From assembly GCA_949299395.1 (NCBI GenBank), contig CASGAB010000003.1, positions 137-64,136 on the forward strand: a DNA stretch of 64,000 nucleotides, written 5' to 3'. Each line of letters begins with the position of its first letter. Position 1 is the first letter of the stretch. A program made the translations under genes and the position numbers. Positions 7,603 to 18,153 of the stretch are shown here, piece after piece. Under the pieces are notes generated by a model. The model ran no database searches. It saw only the letters and a list, made by a program, of their open reading frames with translations, and was not told the DNA's origin. Origin of the DNA: an uncultured bacterium (GTDB taxonomy: Bacteria > Bacillota_I > Bacilli_A > RFN20 > CAG-826).

Positions 7603-9342
7603 ATGAACAAGAAAGCATTTTTAGAAGCAGTTACAGAATTAGGAAATCAAAAAAGACTTTCCAAAGAAATTATTAAAAAAGCTATTGAAGACGCATTTCA
7701 ACTTTCTTTAAATAAGAAGTTTGAAGATGAATATAAAATCGATTTAAGAGGAGCAAAAGCTAAAAAGGTTGATAAAACAAAAGGCGAAGAAAAACTTGAA
7801 GCTGCTCATATTAGAGTCGAAGTTGATTTAGATAAAGCAAAAATTAATATTTTCCATGAATTTAATGTTTTAAATGATGAAGATATTACTGATGACTTTA
7901 TTGAAATTTCAGTAGAAGAAGCACAAAAAAGAAATCCAAAATTAAAAGTTGGAGATGTTTATAGTGAAGAAATCGATTTTGATACATTAACTAAAAAAGA
8001 TGTTGATAGATTTATTTCTAACTTCAAACAATCCATTTCTAAAGCAGAAAAAGACGCATTATTAGAAGAGTTTGCTGATAAAATCGGAACGATTGTTACT
8101 GGTATTGTTGAAAAATTCGATAATACTTCATGTTTAGTTAATTTAGATGGAACAACAGTTGTTTTATATAAAAAGAATTTAATTGGTGATGAAAGATTTA
8201 AAACTGGCGATACTATCAAAGTTTATGTCCAAGGCATCAATAGAGATGATAAAAAAGCAGCTGTTATTCAAGTTTCAAGAAGCTGCCCAGAATTCTTACA
8301 TAAGATTTTTGAAAACGAAGTTAACGAAATCGTTGATGGAACAGTTTTAATTAAAGATATCGCTAGAATGAGTGGTGTTAGAAGTAAAGTTGTTGTTTAT
8401 TCAACTGATCCAAACGTTGATGCAAGTGGTGCTTGTATTGGTAAAAACGGCGAAAGAATTCAAAGAATTGTTGCTCAATTAGGTTCTGGCCGTGATCAAA
8501 AAGAAAAAATCGATGTTATTTTATATCACAAAAATTTAGGTGTTTACTTAGCAGAAATCTTAAAACCAGGTGAAGTTTTAGGTATTAACTTCGATTTAGA
8601 AAATAAGAGTGCAACTGTTATTTGTAAAAACGACACAATGAAAATTGCAGTTGGTACAAAAGGAAGTAACGTTATCTTAGCTAAACGCTTAACAGGTTTA
8701 GAAGTTATCAAAATTATTAATGATAGCGAAATGGAAGAAAACGGAATCACTTCATATAAACCAATTGAAGAATATATTGAAGAAGATAAAGCTCAAGAAG
8801 CTGAAGAAGCAAGAAAAAGATTTAGAGAACAAAGTATTCTTAAATCTGGTGCTAGAAAAGCTGAAACTCAAAAAGTTGAAGATGATGCTATCTTAGATGA
8901 AAAATTCGGTATCGATGATGATTCTATCGATATGGTCGAAGAAGTTGAAACGCCAGTTGTTGAAGAAACAGTTGAAGAAGCTCCAAAAGCTACTAAAGAA
9001 GTTAAAGAAGAAACTCCAGTTACAGTTACTGAGCCAGTTAAAGAAGAAGTTAAAGTTGAAGAAGTTAAAGAAGTTAAAACTACTACAACACTTGAATCTT
9101 TAGAAAAATCTTTAGAAGAAGAAAAGAAAACAAAAACTGAAAATAAGAGTAAAAAATCTTCTAAAAAGAAAGAAGAAGTTAAAAAAGAAGAAACTGAAGA
9201 AGTTAAAAAACCATTCAAAAAGATGGATATTTATACTGCTGAAGAACTTCAAGAATTCGAAGAAGAAGAAAATGACGACTATTATGATGAAGACGAAGAA
9301 GATTGGTCTGAATATGATAGTGATGATTATTACGAGGAATAA
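7603..9342 (+). CDS. nusA: transcription factor NusA with long acidic C-terminal tail
   Basis: S1/KH motifs ARMSGVRSKV, GACIGKNGERI, EKIDVI and AVGTKGSNV. Confidence 0.95.
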   Translation: MNKKAFLEAVTELGNQKRLSKEIIKKAIEDAFQLSLNKKFEDEYKIDLRGAKAKKVDKTKGEEKLEAAHIRVEVDLDKAKINIFHEFNVLNDEDITDDFIEISVEEAQKRNPKLKVGDVYSEEIDFDTLTKKDVDRFISNFKQSISKAEKDALLEEFADKIGTIVTGIVEKFDNTSCLVNLDGTTVVLYKKNLIGDERFKTGDTIKVYVQGINRDDKKAAVIQVSRSCPEFLHKIFENEVNEIVDGTVLIKDIARMSGVRSKVVVYSTDPNVDASGACIGKNGERIQRIVAQLGSGRDQKEKIDVILYHKNLGVYLAEILKPGEVLGINFDLENKSATVICKNDTMKIAVGTKGSNVILAKRLTGLEVIKIINDSEMEENGITSYKPIEEYIEEDKAQEAEEARKRFREQSILKSGARKAETQKVEDDAILDEKFGIDDDSIDMVEEVETPVVEETVEEAPKATKEVKEETPVTVTEPVKEEVKVEEVKEVKTTTTLESLEKSLEEEKKTKTENKSKKSSKKKEEVKKEETEEVKKPFKKMDIYTAEELQEFEEEENDDYYDEDEEDWSEYDSDDYYEE

Positions 9343-9347
9343 AATAA

Positions 9348-9608
9348 ATGAAAAAAATACCATTACGCCGCTGTTTAGTTACTAATGAATCTTTTCCAAA
9401 AGAGGAACTTTTTAGAATTGTTCGTACTCCAAATGGAGAAGTTATTTTAGATACAACTTATAAAGCTAATGGTAGAGGAGCTTATGTTAAAAAGGATGAA
9501 GAAATTATCCTTAAAGCAAAAGCAAAAAAAGTTTTAGATAGAGCACTCGAAGTAAAAGTACCTGAAGAAGTTTATGAAAGAATGCTCAACTATTTAAAAA
9601 TGAAATAA
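9348..9608 (+). CDS. ylxR: YlxR/RnpM (DUF448) RNA-binding protein
   Basis: KIPLRRCLV...LFRIVR...GRGAYV. Confidence 0.95.
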   Translation: MKKIPLRRCLVTNESFPKEELFRIVRTPNGEVILDTTYKANGRGAYVKKDEEIILKAKAKKVLDRALEVKVPEEVYERMLNYLKMK

Positions 9609-9631
9609 AAAGAAGAAGGAGGCGAAAAGAT

Positions 9632-11470
9632 ATGGATAAAAAGAACAATAAAAAGGTAAATAGAGAGACTAATATTCCAGCATCTAATCAAAATAAAAAC
9701 AAAAACATGAACAAAGTTCATGACCAAGTTTTTGTTTTTACTAAATCTTTAACTGTTGGAGAATTAGCAAAAGAATTAAATGTTAATGCCTCTGATATTA
9801 TTAAAAAATTATTCTTGCAAAAGAAAATTGTTACCATTAATAACTATTTAGATGATGATACAATCGGTGAAATTTGTTTAGAGTTTGGTTTTGACTTTAA
9901 AAAAGAAGAAATTATCGATGAAGAAGATTTTGAAAAGATTCAAATCGATGATAAACCTGAAGATTTAAAAGAGAGACCAGCTGTTGTTACCGTTATGGGT
10001 CACGTTGACCATGGTAAAACAACTTTAATCGATGCAATTAGAAATTCAAATATTGCTGCTAGTGAATATGGCGGAATTTCTCAAGAAATTGGTGCCTATC
10101 AAAAAGTAGTTAATGGTAAAAAGATTACCTTCATCGATACTCCTGGACACGAAGCTTTCTCAGCTATGAGAAGTAGAGGTGCATCCGTTACTGATATTGT
10201 TATTTTAGTTGTTGCTGCTGATGATGGAGTTATGCCTCAAACATTAGAAGCAATCGATCACGCTAAAGCTGCAAATGTTCCAATTATTGTTGCAGTTAAT
10301 AAAATGGATGTTCCTGGAGCAAATAGTGAAAAAGTTATTAATGAACTTATTCAACATGAAGTTGTCGCTGAAAAATATGGTGGTGACGTCATGGTTTGTG
10401 AAATTTCTGCAAAGAAAAAAGAAGGTATTGAAGAATTATTAGAAACTGTTTTAGTTGAAGCAGAAATGCTTGAACTTAAAGCAAATCCTGATAGATATGC
10501 TATTGGTACAGTTTTAGAAGCTGAACTTGATAAAGGTGAAGGACCTAAAGCCACACTTTTAGTTCAAAATGGTACATTACTTTCTTCAGATTATGTCGTT
10601 GTTGGTTCTACCTATGGCAAAGTTAGAAGAATGACTAATGAACATAAACAAGTTTTAAAAGAAGCAACACCATCAACTCCAGTTAGTGTTATCGGACTTA
10701 ACGAAGTTCCTTTAGCTGGAGATCACTTCATGGCTTTCCCTACCGAAAAACAAGCAAAAGATATTGCTGAAAAGAGAAAGCTAAAGAAAATTAATGAAGA
10801 AAGAGCTCAAAGTGGTGGAGTTACATCTTTAGAAAGCTTATATGAAAAAATTAATGAAGGTCAAATGACTAACATTAATATTATTGTTAAAGCTGATACA
10901 ACAGGTAGTGCTGAAGCAGTTAAAGCTTCTTTAGAAAAATTAAATAACGATCAAGTTAAGATTAATGTTATTAGAAGTGCAGCTGGAGCAATCACAGAAA
11001 GTGATGTTTTACTTGCTAGTGCTTCAGGAGCTATTATTTATGGCTTTAATGTTAGACCATCTGCTTTAGTTAGAAAAAAAGCTGAAGAAGAAAAGATTGA
11101 AATTAGAACTCAAAAAATTATCTATGCTTTAATTGAAGAAGTTGAAGGTGCAATTAAAGGTAAGATGAAAAAAGAAACCGTTGAAAATATTCTTGGTCAA
11201 GCTGAAGTTAGAAACGTCTTTAAAGTTTCTAAGGTCGGTGAAATTGCAGGATGTATGGTTACAGATGGAATTATTAAAAATACTGCATTAGTCCATATTT
11301 TAAGAAATGGCGTTGTTGTTTATGACGGAGAAATTGATTCTCTTAAACGTTTTAAGGATGACGCTAAAGAAGTTAAAGAAGGCTTTGAATGTGGTATTAA
11401 GATTAAGAATTTCAACGATATTCATGAAGGCGATATTATTGAAGCCTTTGAAATGGTTGAAGTTGATTAG
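9632..11470 (+). CDS. infB: translation initiation factor IF-2 (short form)
   Basis: [27 protein letters not shown] and GFECGI. Confidence 0.98.
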   Translation: MDKKNNKKVNRETNIPASNQNKNKNMNKVHDQVFVFTKSLTVGELAKELNVNASDIIKKLFLQKKIVTINNYLDDDTIGEICLEFGFDFKKEEIIDEEDFEKIQIDDKPEDLKERPAVVTVMGHVDHGKTTLIDAIRNSNIAASEYGGISQEIGAYQKVVNGKKITFIDTPGHEAFSAMRSRGASVTDIVILVVAADDGVMPQTLEAIDHAKAANVPIIVAVNKMDVPGANSEKVINELIQHEVVAEKYGGDVMVCEISAKKKEGIEELLETVLVEAEMLELKANPDRYAIGTVLEAELDKGEGPKATLLVQNGTLLSSDYVVVGSTYGKVRRMTNEHKQVLKEATPSTPVSVIGLNEVPLAGDHFMAFPTEKQAKDIAEKRKLKKINEERAQSGGVTSLESLYEKINEGQMTNINIIVKADTTGSAEAVKASLEKLNNDQVKINVIRSAAGAITESDVLLASASGAIIYGFNVRPSALVRKKAEEEKIEIRTQKIIYALIEEVEGAIKGKMKKETVENILGQAEVRNVFKVSKVGEIAGCMVTDGIIKNTALVHILRNGVVVYDGEIDSLKRFKDDAKEVKEGFECGIKIKNFNDIHEGDIIEAFEMVEVD

Positions 11471-11503
11471 TTAGTTAATTTATATTTTAAAGATTTATAA
11501 GAT

Positions 11504-11857
11504 ATGGGAAGTAATTCAAAAGAACGTTTAGCAGCAGAAATAAGTAAAGATATTAAAGAGATTGTTCAATTTGATATGCAAAATGAATCAATCGGATTTT
11601 TAACAATCACTGAAGTTGTTGTTTCTAGTGATCATAGTTATGCTAAAGTTTATGTATCATTTTTTAATAATCCTGAAAAAAATCTTGCTAAACTTAATCA
11701 CTCTAAAGGATTTGTTAGATCTAAACTTGCTAAAAGATTAAAAACTAGAAGAGTTCCAGAAATAGAATTTGTTTTAGATGATTCATTTTTTAAGTTTCAA
11801 AAACTTGATGAAGCATTATCTAAAGAAGAAGAGGATTTAGAAAAGATAAAAAAATAG
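11504..11857 (+). CDS. rbfA: ribosome-binding factor A
   Basis: TITEVVVSSDHSYAKVYVS and RRVPEIEFVLD. Confidence 0.95.
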   Translation: MGSNSKERLAAEISKDIKEIVQFDMQNESIGFLTITEVVVSSDHSYAKVYVSFFNNPEKNLAKLNHSKGFVRSKLAKRLKTRRVPEIEFVLDDSFFKFQKLDEALSKEEEDLEKIKK

Positions 11858-11891
11858 TTAAACCAATTTATTTTTATTGGTTTAACTATTT
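11852..11891. terminator. bidirectional terminator between convergent rbfA and ttcA-like genes
   Basis: Perfect 16-bp stem AAATAGTTAAACCAAT / ATTGGTTTAACTATTT overlapping both stop codons. Confidence 0.75.
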
Positions 11892-13061
11892 AATTAAGTT
11901 ATTCTCTTTAAATATTTTAGAAATATATACTGGATTAATAGAGATAGAAATTAGGTACTTGTTACCTAATTTTTCTTTATTTAAAGGGATATATTTAATA
12001 TTTTTAATTATTTTTTTATTAACATCTAAATAGAAGGAAATAGGATTAAATTTATCATAGATTTTTAAATATAAATCATAGATTATTAACTCTAAATATT
12101 TTAAATAGGAAGAAGTAAAATTAACGAGTGTTACCACAAATTTTCTATCATTTTTAGTTAAATTAATAACTCCAATAAGAGTATTTTCATGATAATAATG
12201 TAGATGAATATTATTTGAAGAAGGAATCTTTTTACTTTTTAAAAAATTCATTTCTAAAATTAAAGATTCTAAATCAGTGACGTGTTTAAAATAATACGAT
12301 GTATTTTCTACTTTAAACTCAAAATGATCAAAGAAAATGTCTAATTTTTCTTTATTATTTAACATCGTTAAGAAGTTATCTTTAGCACTTGGGAATTTTT
12401 TATAAATATCTTTTAAAACGTTTTTAATATCTTCTCTTTTGGTATGTTTATCATTAGGACAAGAAGAAGTAAAAACTGGAATATTTTCTTCTTTTATTAA
12501 TCTTTCAATTGTTTTTTCTTCAACATAAATAAATGGTCTAATAAACGTAATTTTTTCATTTGTTAAAAACATTTTTGGAGCAAAAGTAGCGATTCTTCCA
12601 CCATATATTTCATTTAAAAATAAGGTTTCAATCGCATCATCTTTATGATGGGCAAAAGAAACATAGGTGCAATTAAGTTCATGAGCAACTTTATTAATAA
12701 TTGCTTTTTTCATTTTTGAACAAATTGAACAAGGAAGATGAGTTAAATGTTGTTTTTCTTTTTGTATTGAAAGAATTTCATAAACTTGTTTAGCATCCTT
12801 AATATAAAGATTATAACCTAAAGAAGAAACATAATTTTTAAGTTCATTAAAATCACTATTAGGAAAACCTAAATCGATAACCATCGGATGAATTTCAAAT
12901 TTTGTTTTACTATATTTTTTATATAAATCTAAACAATATAAAAGAGCCATGGAGTCTTTTCCTCCACTAACTCCAATACAAATTGAAGTATCCTCTTTAA
13001 ATAGGTTAAATTCTTGATCAGCTCTTTTAATTGAAGCTAATATAATTCTTAAGGCTTTCAT
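11886..13061 (-). CDS. TtcA-family PP-loop tRNA thiolation protein with ~150-aa C-terminal extension
   Basis: SGGKDS PP-loop, PCSICSKMKK, AHHKDDAIET, IRPF and CP. Confidence 0.85.
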   Translation of the reverse strand: MKALRIILASIKRADQEFNLFKEDTSICIGVSGGKDSMALLYCLDLYKKYSKTKFEIHPMVIDLGFPNSDFNELKNYVSSLGYNLYIKDAKQVYEILSIQKEKQHLTHLPCSICSKMKKAIINKVAHELNCTYVSFAHHKDDAIETLFLNEIYGGRIATFAPKMFLTNEKITFIRPFIYVEEKTIERLIKEENIPVFTSSCPNDKHTKREDIKNVLKDIYKKFPSAKDNFLTMLNNKEKLDIFFDHFEFKVENTSYYFKHVTDLESLILEMNFLKSKKIPSSNNIHLHYYHENTLIGVINLTKNDRKFVVTLVNFTSSYLKYLELIIYDLYLKIYDKFNPISFYLDVNKKIIKNIKYIPLNKEKLGNKYLISISINPVYISKIFKENNLIK

Positions 13062-13143
13062 CGACTTAAAAATAATAAATTATTTTTATATATAAAGCAA
13101 AAATTTGTTATATTTTAGCCTTAAAAGTAGTAAAATTTTAACC

Positions 13144-14049
13144 ATGGATGTTATTTATTTAAAGAATTTTGATGAAGTAAATGAAGTAGCTAAATTATCA
13201 CTTGTTTTAGGTAATTTTGATGGTGTTCATATTGGACATACTCAACTTATAAATTATGCCAGAACAAATACAAACGGTAATTTAGGTATTTTAACATTTG
13301 ATAAACCTTTAAAAACTGTTGAAGGATGTTTAACAACTATCGATACTCGTTTAGAATTATTTAAAAATTTAGGTGTTGATTATGTTTTTATTATTAAAAC
13401 AGATGATAATTTTAAACATATGCCATATATAAAGTTTGTTGATTTTGTCTTAAAAAAACTTAATCCAGTTAAGATTTTCTGTGGTCCAGATTTTAAATAT
13501 GGTTATAACGCTCAAGGTGATGTTTATTATTTAAAAGAAAGGTTTAATGAAGTTTATATTTTAAATTATGTTAATGATCATAATGGAAATAAAATTTCTT
13601 CATATTCAATTAGAAAATTAATTAAAGATGGTGAACTTTATGAAGCAAATAGATGGCTTGGTAGAGTTTATTCAATAAAAGGAGTTGTTACAAAAGGAAA
13701 AGGGAACGGTTTAAGTTTTGGCTTTCCTACAGCAAACTTAACTTTAGAAGATAATTATATTGTCCCTAAAGAAGGAGTTTATGTAACAATGACTACATTA
13801 AATGGTAAAAAAATGAGATCTATCACTAACATTGGAAAAAATCCTACCCTTGGTGATGGTAATAAATTAACGATTGAAACTTATATTTTTGATTTCCAAG
13901 ATGAATTATATGGAAAAGAACTCGAAGTTTCTTTTTATCATCGTTTAAGAGATGAAATTAAATTTGCTTCAATAAAAGAACTAGTTGAACAACTTGAAAA
14001 AGATTTAGATGATGCGATTTATTATTTTGATTATGGCAAAAACTTTTAA
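13144..14049 (+). CDS. ribF: bifunctional riboflavin kinase/FAD synthetase (ATG 13144 preferred over TTG 13105)
   Basis: LGNFDGVHIGH, ISSYSIR, GFPTANL and RDEIKF. Confidence 0.95.
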   Translation: MDVIYLKNFDEVNEVAKLSLVLGNFDGVHIGHTQLINYARTNTNGNLGILTFDKPLKTVEGCLTTIDTRLELFKNLGVDYVFIIKTDDNFKHMPYIKFVDFVLKKLNPVKIFCGPDFKYGYNAQGDVYYLKERFNEVYILNYVNDHNGNKISSYSIRKLIKDGELYEANRWLGRVYSIKGVVTKGKGNGLSFGFPTANLTLEDNYIVPKEGVYVTMTTLNGKKMRSITNIGKNPTLGDGNKLTIETYIFDFQDELYGKELEVSFYHRLRDEIKFASIKELVEQLEKDLDDAIYYFDYGKNF

Positions 14050-14069
14050 TTAAAATATATAAAAAAATA

Positions 14070-14170
14070 TTGATTTTTATCGTATTATTCTATATATTAT
14101 TTAAGACTTTTATCTTTGGATAAGGAATCTCCAACCTCATCTATTGATATTAGCTAATTAATTTAATAAA
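14070..14170 (+). promoter_or_regulatory. rpsO sigma-A promoter and probable S15 autoregulatory leader
   Basis: TTGATT-N17-TATATT at 14070-14098; leader GGATAAGGAATCTCCAACCTCATCT resembles Firmicutes S15 leaders (recalled, not searched). Confidence 0.5.
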
Positions 14171-14181
14171 GGAGAAAGAAA

Positions 14182-14451
14182 ATGGCTGTTAGTAAACAAA
14201 CAAAAGCTGAATTAATTAAAAAATTCGGTAAAAACGACAAAGACACAGGTAGTGTTGAAGTCCAAGTTGCTATTTTAACTGCTTCAATTAAACATTTAAC
14301 TGAACACTTAAAAAATAACGATAAGGACCATGTCGCTAGAAGAAGTTTATTAGTATTAGTTGGTAAAAGAAAATCTTTATTATCTTATTTAGAAAAACAA
14401 GATAGAGATGCTTATATCAAATTAATTGCTGAACTCGGATTACGTAAATAG
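14182..14451 (+). CDS. rpsO: 30S ribosomal protein S15
   Basis: DTGSVEVQVAILT...KDH...LGLRK. Confidence 0.98.
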   Translation: MAVSKQTKAELIKKFGKNDKDTGSVEVQVAILTASIKHLTEHLKNNDKDHVARRSLLVLVGKRKSLLSYLEKQDRDAYIKLIAELGLRK

Positions 14452-14465
14452 TAATTAAAAAAAAG

Positions 14466-14500
14466 AATATAAAAGGACCTAGATGGTCCTTTTATATTTT
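14466..14500 (+). terminator. rpsO terminator
   Basis: AATATAAAAGGACC-TAGAT-GGTCCTTTTATATT. Confidence 0.8.
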
Positions 14501-14544
14501 ATAATAATAAGTATGAATATTTGTTATAATTTTAAATAGTATTT

Positions 14545-16284
14545 ATGGATTTAAAAACAATATCTTATTCATTAAGAAATTATAAAAAACAATTAATTTT
14601 TGGCCCAATATTTAAAACTATTGAGGTTATTTTTGAGCTTTTTATACCTCTTTTAATGAAAGAGATTATTGATGTCGGTATTGAAAAAGGAAATAGTGGC
14701 GATTTTTCTTATATTATTTATTTAGGCTTAACTATTTTAGGACTAGTTATTTTTGGCTTTTTTTCAACAATGACCTGCCAATATTTTGCTAGTATTTGTT
14801 CTCAAGGTTTTGGAACAGATTTAAGAAATAGAATCTATCGAAAGGTTGATGAATTATCTTTAAAAGAACTTGAAATAGTTGGTAAAGGTAATTTATTAAC
14901 GATGTTAAGTAATGATACTTCTCGTCTTCAACTAGGAGTAGCTTATTTAATTCGTCTTGCAATAAGAGCCCCTTTACTTGTAGTTGGTTCTTTAATAATG
15001 TGTATTTTTGTTTCAACTAATGCATTTATTGTTTTTTTAGTTGCAGTCTTAATTATTTCGATATTTATCACAATTATTTTTATTTTATCATCGAAACAAA
15101 TCTTAAAGGTTCAAAAAAGAGTTGATAAAATTGTTACTGTTTCTAACGATAATTTAGCTGGAACTCGAGTTATTAGAGCATTTAATAAAGAAGAAGATGA
15201 AGTTAATAATTTTAAAAAGATTAATGAAGAATATTATAAAGAATCAAAAAGAAATGCTTTTTTAAATGCTCTTGTTAATCCTCTTACTTATTTAATTATT
15301 AATGGTGCAGCAGTAGTAATTGTTTTATTTGCTAAAAATTATATTAATTTACCAGAAGAAATGAGTAGTGGAGATTTACTTGCTTTAATTCAATATTTAA
15401 ATCAAATAATGACTGCATTACTTGTTGTTTTTAATCTAGTCATAGTTTTTACAAAAGCCTTAGCTTCAAGAAAAAGAGTTAATGAATTTTTAACTAAAGA
15501 AAGTTCGATTAAAAGCGGTGAAATTACTCTTGATGAATTTAAAGTTGGTTCTCCATTAATTACTTTTAAAAACGTTTATTTTAGATATGAAGATGGTGAT
15601 AACTATGTTATTAAAGATGTTTCTTTTAATATCAATAAAGGTGAAACTATAGGAATTATCGGTGGAACTGGTAGTGGGAAAACAACCTTAATTAAATTAA
15701 TTGAAAGATTTTTTGATGCTAGTGAAGGTGAGATTCTTTTTAATAATAAAAATATTAAAAATTACGATACAGATTATTTAACTTCACTCATTTCTTTAGT
15801 TTCTCAAAAGGTTTCTATTTTTAGCGGAAGCGTTAAAGAAAATTTAACAATGGGAAATGATAATATTGATGAAAATTCGATAAATAAGGCATTAATTGAT
15901 GCCGATGCATATAGTTTTGTTTCTAAATACGAGGATAAACTTGATCATAATTTTGTTGAAGCTGGTAAAAATCTTTCTGGTGGACAAAAGCAAAGAATTT
16001 CAATTGCTAGAGCTTTATTAAAAAAAGGTGAAGTATTAATTTTAGATGATTCAACTAGTGCATTAGATTTTCTAACTGATAAAAAAGTTAGAAATAATAT
16101 CAAAAATATCGAAGATTTAACGACAATTATCGTTTCTCAAAGAGCAACATCTTTAGCAGATTGTGACAAGATTATTGTTATGTATCATGGTGGAGTAGAA
16201 GCGGTTGGAACTCATGAAGAATTATTAAATACTTCTCGAGTTTATAAAGAAATTTATACATCACAGGTGAAAAATTATGAGTAA
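14545..16284 (+). CDS. heterodimeric ABC exporter subunit (TMD+NBD, degenerate catalytic Asp)
   Basis: Multi-pass TM region, GGTGSGKT, LSGGQKQR and LDDSTS. Confidence 0.92.
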   Translation: MDLKTISYSLRNYKKQLIFGPIFKTIEVIFELFIPLLMKEIIDVGIEKGNSGDFSYIIYLGLTILGLVIFGFFSTMTCQYFASICSQGFGTDLRNRIYRKVDELSLKELEIVGKGNLLTMLSNDTSRLQLGVAYLIRLAIRAPLLVVGSLIMCIFVSTNAFIVFLVAVLIISIFITIIFILSSKQILKVQKRVDKIVTVSNDNLAGTRVIRAFNKEEDEVNNFKKINEEYYKESKRNAFLNALVNPLTYLIINGAAVVIVLFAKNYINLPEEMSSGDLLALIQYLNQIMTALLVVFNLVIVFTKALASRKRVNEFLTKESSIKSGEITLDEFKVGSPLITFKNVYFRYEDGDNYVIKDVSFNINKGETIGIIGGTGSGKTTLIKLIERFFDASEGEILFNNKNIKNYDTDYLTSLISLVSQKVSIFSGSVKENLTMGNDNIDENSINKALIDADAYSFVSKYEDKLDHNFVEAGKNLSGGQKQRISIARALLKKGEVLILDDSTSALDFLTDKKVRNNIKNIEDLTTIIVSQRATSLADCDKIIVMYHGGVEAVGTHEELLNTSRVYKEIYTSQVKNYE

Positions 16285-18037
16285 TATGGAGTTTTTGTAT
16301 AAATATCTTAAAAAAGAGATGATCTCAATAATTCTATGTTTATTGATGGCAATAATCATTGTTTTTTCACTTACTTTTATTCCTTATTTTATTGGTGATA
16401 GTGTTGATATTATTAGCGAAGCTTTATTAAATAATGGCCAAATAGAATGGAATGACTTTTATCAAAATATCTGTATAATTTTATCTTTAATTTGTGTATT
16501 AGTAGTTTTTCAGTTGATTTTTGATACTTTATTAGGCTTCTTTGTAGAACGAATTACCGTTAGAGTTAGAGTCGATACATTCGAAAAATTAAGTAAAGTT
16601 TCAATTAAATATATCGATGAACAATCAAAAGGCGATTTAATTAGTCGAATTATTAATGATGTCGATAATTTAAATACCGGTTTAATTAGTGGTTTTAGAC
16701 AATTCTTCACTGGAGTTATGCAAATTATTGCAACAATTTCGATAATGTTTTATTTAAATTGGATTTTAGCCCTTGTTGTTATTGTTTTAACTCCATTTAG
16801 TTTCCTTTTATCGTATGTAATTGCTAAAAAAAGCGCTAAATATTATAAAAAATGCAATGAATATATCGGTGAAGGTAGTGGCATTTTCCTTGAATACCTA
16901 AATAATATTGAAACCATTAAATCCTTTAACTATGGTGAAAAATCCTTTGAAAAATATAAAGTTACTAATGAAAATCTTTATAAAGTTGGACAAAAAGCTC
17001 AATTTGTTTCTTCTTTAGTAAATCCAGCTTCAAGATTAATTAATAATTGTATTTATGCTTTTGTTGGAACTTTAGGCGCTTTACTTTGTGTTTTTACCTT
17101 TAAAAACGGTGGTATATTCTTAGGAACAACAATGAGTGTTGGCATGGTCACAACCTTCTTACAATATTCAATTCAATATGCTAAGCCATTTGATGGAATT
17201 ACTTCATGTTTAAGCGAACTTCAAAATGCATTTTCTTCGATAAATAGGCTTAAAAACGTATATTTAACTGAAAATGATATTGATAATGGAACTAATAAAA
17301 TTAAAGGAAAAATCAATGATATTTCTTTTGAAAATATTAATTTTGGATATGTTGAAGGACAACAAGTTATTAAGAATTTTTCTTTAGATGTACCATATGG
17401 TAAAAAGATTGCAATTGTTGGTCCAACGGGTTGTGGCAAAACAACTTTGATTAATCTTTTATTACGTTTTTATGATCCTCAAACTGGTTCAATAAATTTA
17501 AATAATGAAAGTAATTTGACTATTTCTAAAAAAGAAATTAGATCTCATTTTGGAATGGTTTTACAAGATACTTGGATTTTTAATGGAACAGTTTTTGAAA
17601 ATATTGCTTATGGTAAAAAAGATGCAACTTTAGAAGAAGTAAAAGAAGCATGCGTTAAAGCAAATTGTCTCGATTTTATCGAAAGATTAGGTAAAGGATT
17701 TGATACAAAAATTGCTGATGATTCTGGTTTAAGTGCAGGCCAAAAACAACTTATTTGTATTGCTAGAGTAATGTTACTTATGCCTGATATTATGATTTTA
17801 GATGAAGCTACTTCAAATATTGATACTCGTACTGAAATGAAAATTACTGAAGCATTTAAGAATTTAACCGAAGGAAAAACCGCCTTTGTTATTGCTCATA
17901 GACTTTCAACCATCGTTAATAGTGATTTAATTTTAGTCTTAAAAGATGGTGAAATTATTGAATTTGGAAATCATAAAGAATTAATCGATAAAAAAGGTTT
18001 CTATTACGAACTTTATAACGCTCAATTCTCCTCTTAG
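16277..18037 (+). CDS. heterodimeric ABC exporter subunit (TMD+NBD)
   Basis: GPTGCGKT, LSAGQKQ, LDEATS and IAHRLST. Confidence 0.92.
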   Translation: MSNMEFLYKYLKKEMISIILCLLMAIIIVFSLTFIPYFIGDSVDIISEALLNNGQIEWNDFYQNICIILSLICVLVVFQLIFDTLLGFFVERITVRVRVDTFEKLSKVSIKYIDEQSKGDLISRIINDVDNLNTGLISGFRQFFTGVMQIIATISIMFYLNWILALVVIVLTPFSFLLSYVIAKKSAKYYKKCNEYIGEGSGIFLEYLNNIETIKSFNYGEKSFEKYKVTNENLYKVGQKAQFVSSLVNPASRLINNCIYAFVGTLGALLCVFTFKNGGIFLGTTMSVGMVTTFLQYSIQYAKPFDGITSCLSELQNAFSSINRLKNVYLTENDIDNGTNKIKGKINDISFENINFGYVEGQQVIKNFSLDVPYGKKIAIVGPTGCGKTTLINLLLRFYDPQTGSINLNNESNLTISKKEIRSHFGMVLQDTWIFNGTVFENIAYGKKDATLEEVKEACVKANCLDFIERLGKGFDTKIADDSGLSAGQKQLICIARVMLLMPDIMILDEATSNIDTRTEMKITEAFKNLTEGKTAFVIAHRLSTIVNSDLILVLKDGEIIEFGNHKELIDKKGFYYELYNAQFSS

Positions 18038-18153
18038 GAATATTCGATAAACATCATATTTTCTAATTCTATTTTTATTAAAAAATAGAGTTTTAAACTA
18101 GGTTTTAATAATGTTATAATCATAACGTTTAATATTTGAGGAAAAAATTAGAA

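Noticed and set aside
7959..9363. Antisense and alternate-frame ORFs in the track (e.g. 7959-8219, 8868-9218, 9112-9363, and similar ones inside infB, the ABC genes, pnp, dnaK and dnaJ)
   Set aside because: Shadows of biased codon usage within well-supported genes; no RBS or protein motifs.
14545..18037. Non-canonical Walker B (LDDS) in the first ABC subunit; possible partner for the C39 protein
   Set aside because: One degenerate site is normal for heterodimeric exporters. Both subunits have their own TMDs, and nothing links them to the C39 gene.
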